DNA of 64,000 nt from positions 2,728,001-2,792,000 of the forward strand of contig OZ374560.1 of the NCBI GenBank assembly GCA_977862235.1, read 5' to 3'. This document shows, piece after piece, positions 63,974 to 64,000 of this stretch; positions within the stretch are counted from its first letter, which is position 1, and each line of letters starts with the position of its first letter. Made by a program: the position numbers and the translations under genes. The notes under the pieces were generated by a model. It was not told where the DNA came from and did not search any database. It saw only the letters and a list, made by a program, of their open reading frames with translations. The stretch comes from Dudresnaya verticillata (Eukaryota).

Positions 63974-64000
63974 GGTACCCTTTGGCAGTAAGACATCCCT

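Larger units (their letters stand above)
55340..64000 (-). mobile_element. Element B: Ty3/Gypsy LTR retrotransposon with chromodomain, 3' two-thirds (runs off the window)
   Basis: 3' LTR 55340-56103 preceded by CCGTA (55335-55339); PPT GAGCCCCCTTCG after 56103; antisense ORF; pol. Confidence 0.95.

Overview
Eukaryotic DNA made almost entirely of nested Ty3/Gypsy LTR retrotransposons; a red-algal source is my guess and is unverified. Element letters (B-H) are my own labels. (1) 1-22754 is a tandem array of a 3956-bp unit (about 5.75 copies in view). The unit is a mosaic of parts of five elements: B 5' LTR/PBS/gag start, C integrase, D LTR part, E PBS/LTR part, and F 3' LTR/PPT. (2) Element F (22036-48104, minus strand, TSD AGAAC) sits inside the LTR of element E. 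Element G (33578-47057, minus strand, TSD AATCC) sits in the leader of F. (3) 48741-51169 is AT-richer host-like DNA with a decayed cytochrome P450. (4) Element C (plus strand, RT motif WLDD) is interrupted at 55340 by element B (minus strand), which runs off the right end. B's other TSD (CCGTA) and the in-frame rest of C's integrase are in the array at the left end, which implies a larger segmental duplication. Most notable: the divergent chromodomain-bearing families B, F and G share one tRNA primer site, and each carries a long antisense ORF between pol and the 3' LTR. By eye these ORFs share an unrecognised aromatic-rich domain flanked by disordered tails. Element B is also saturated with TGGCCA.
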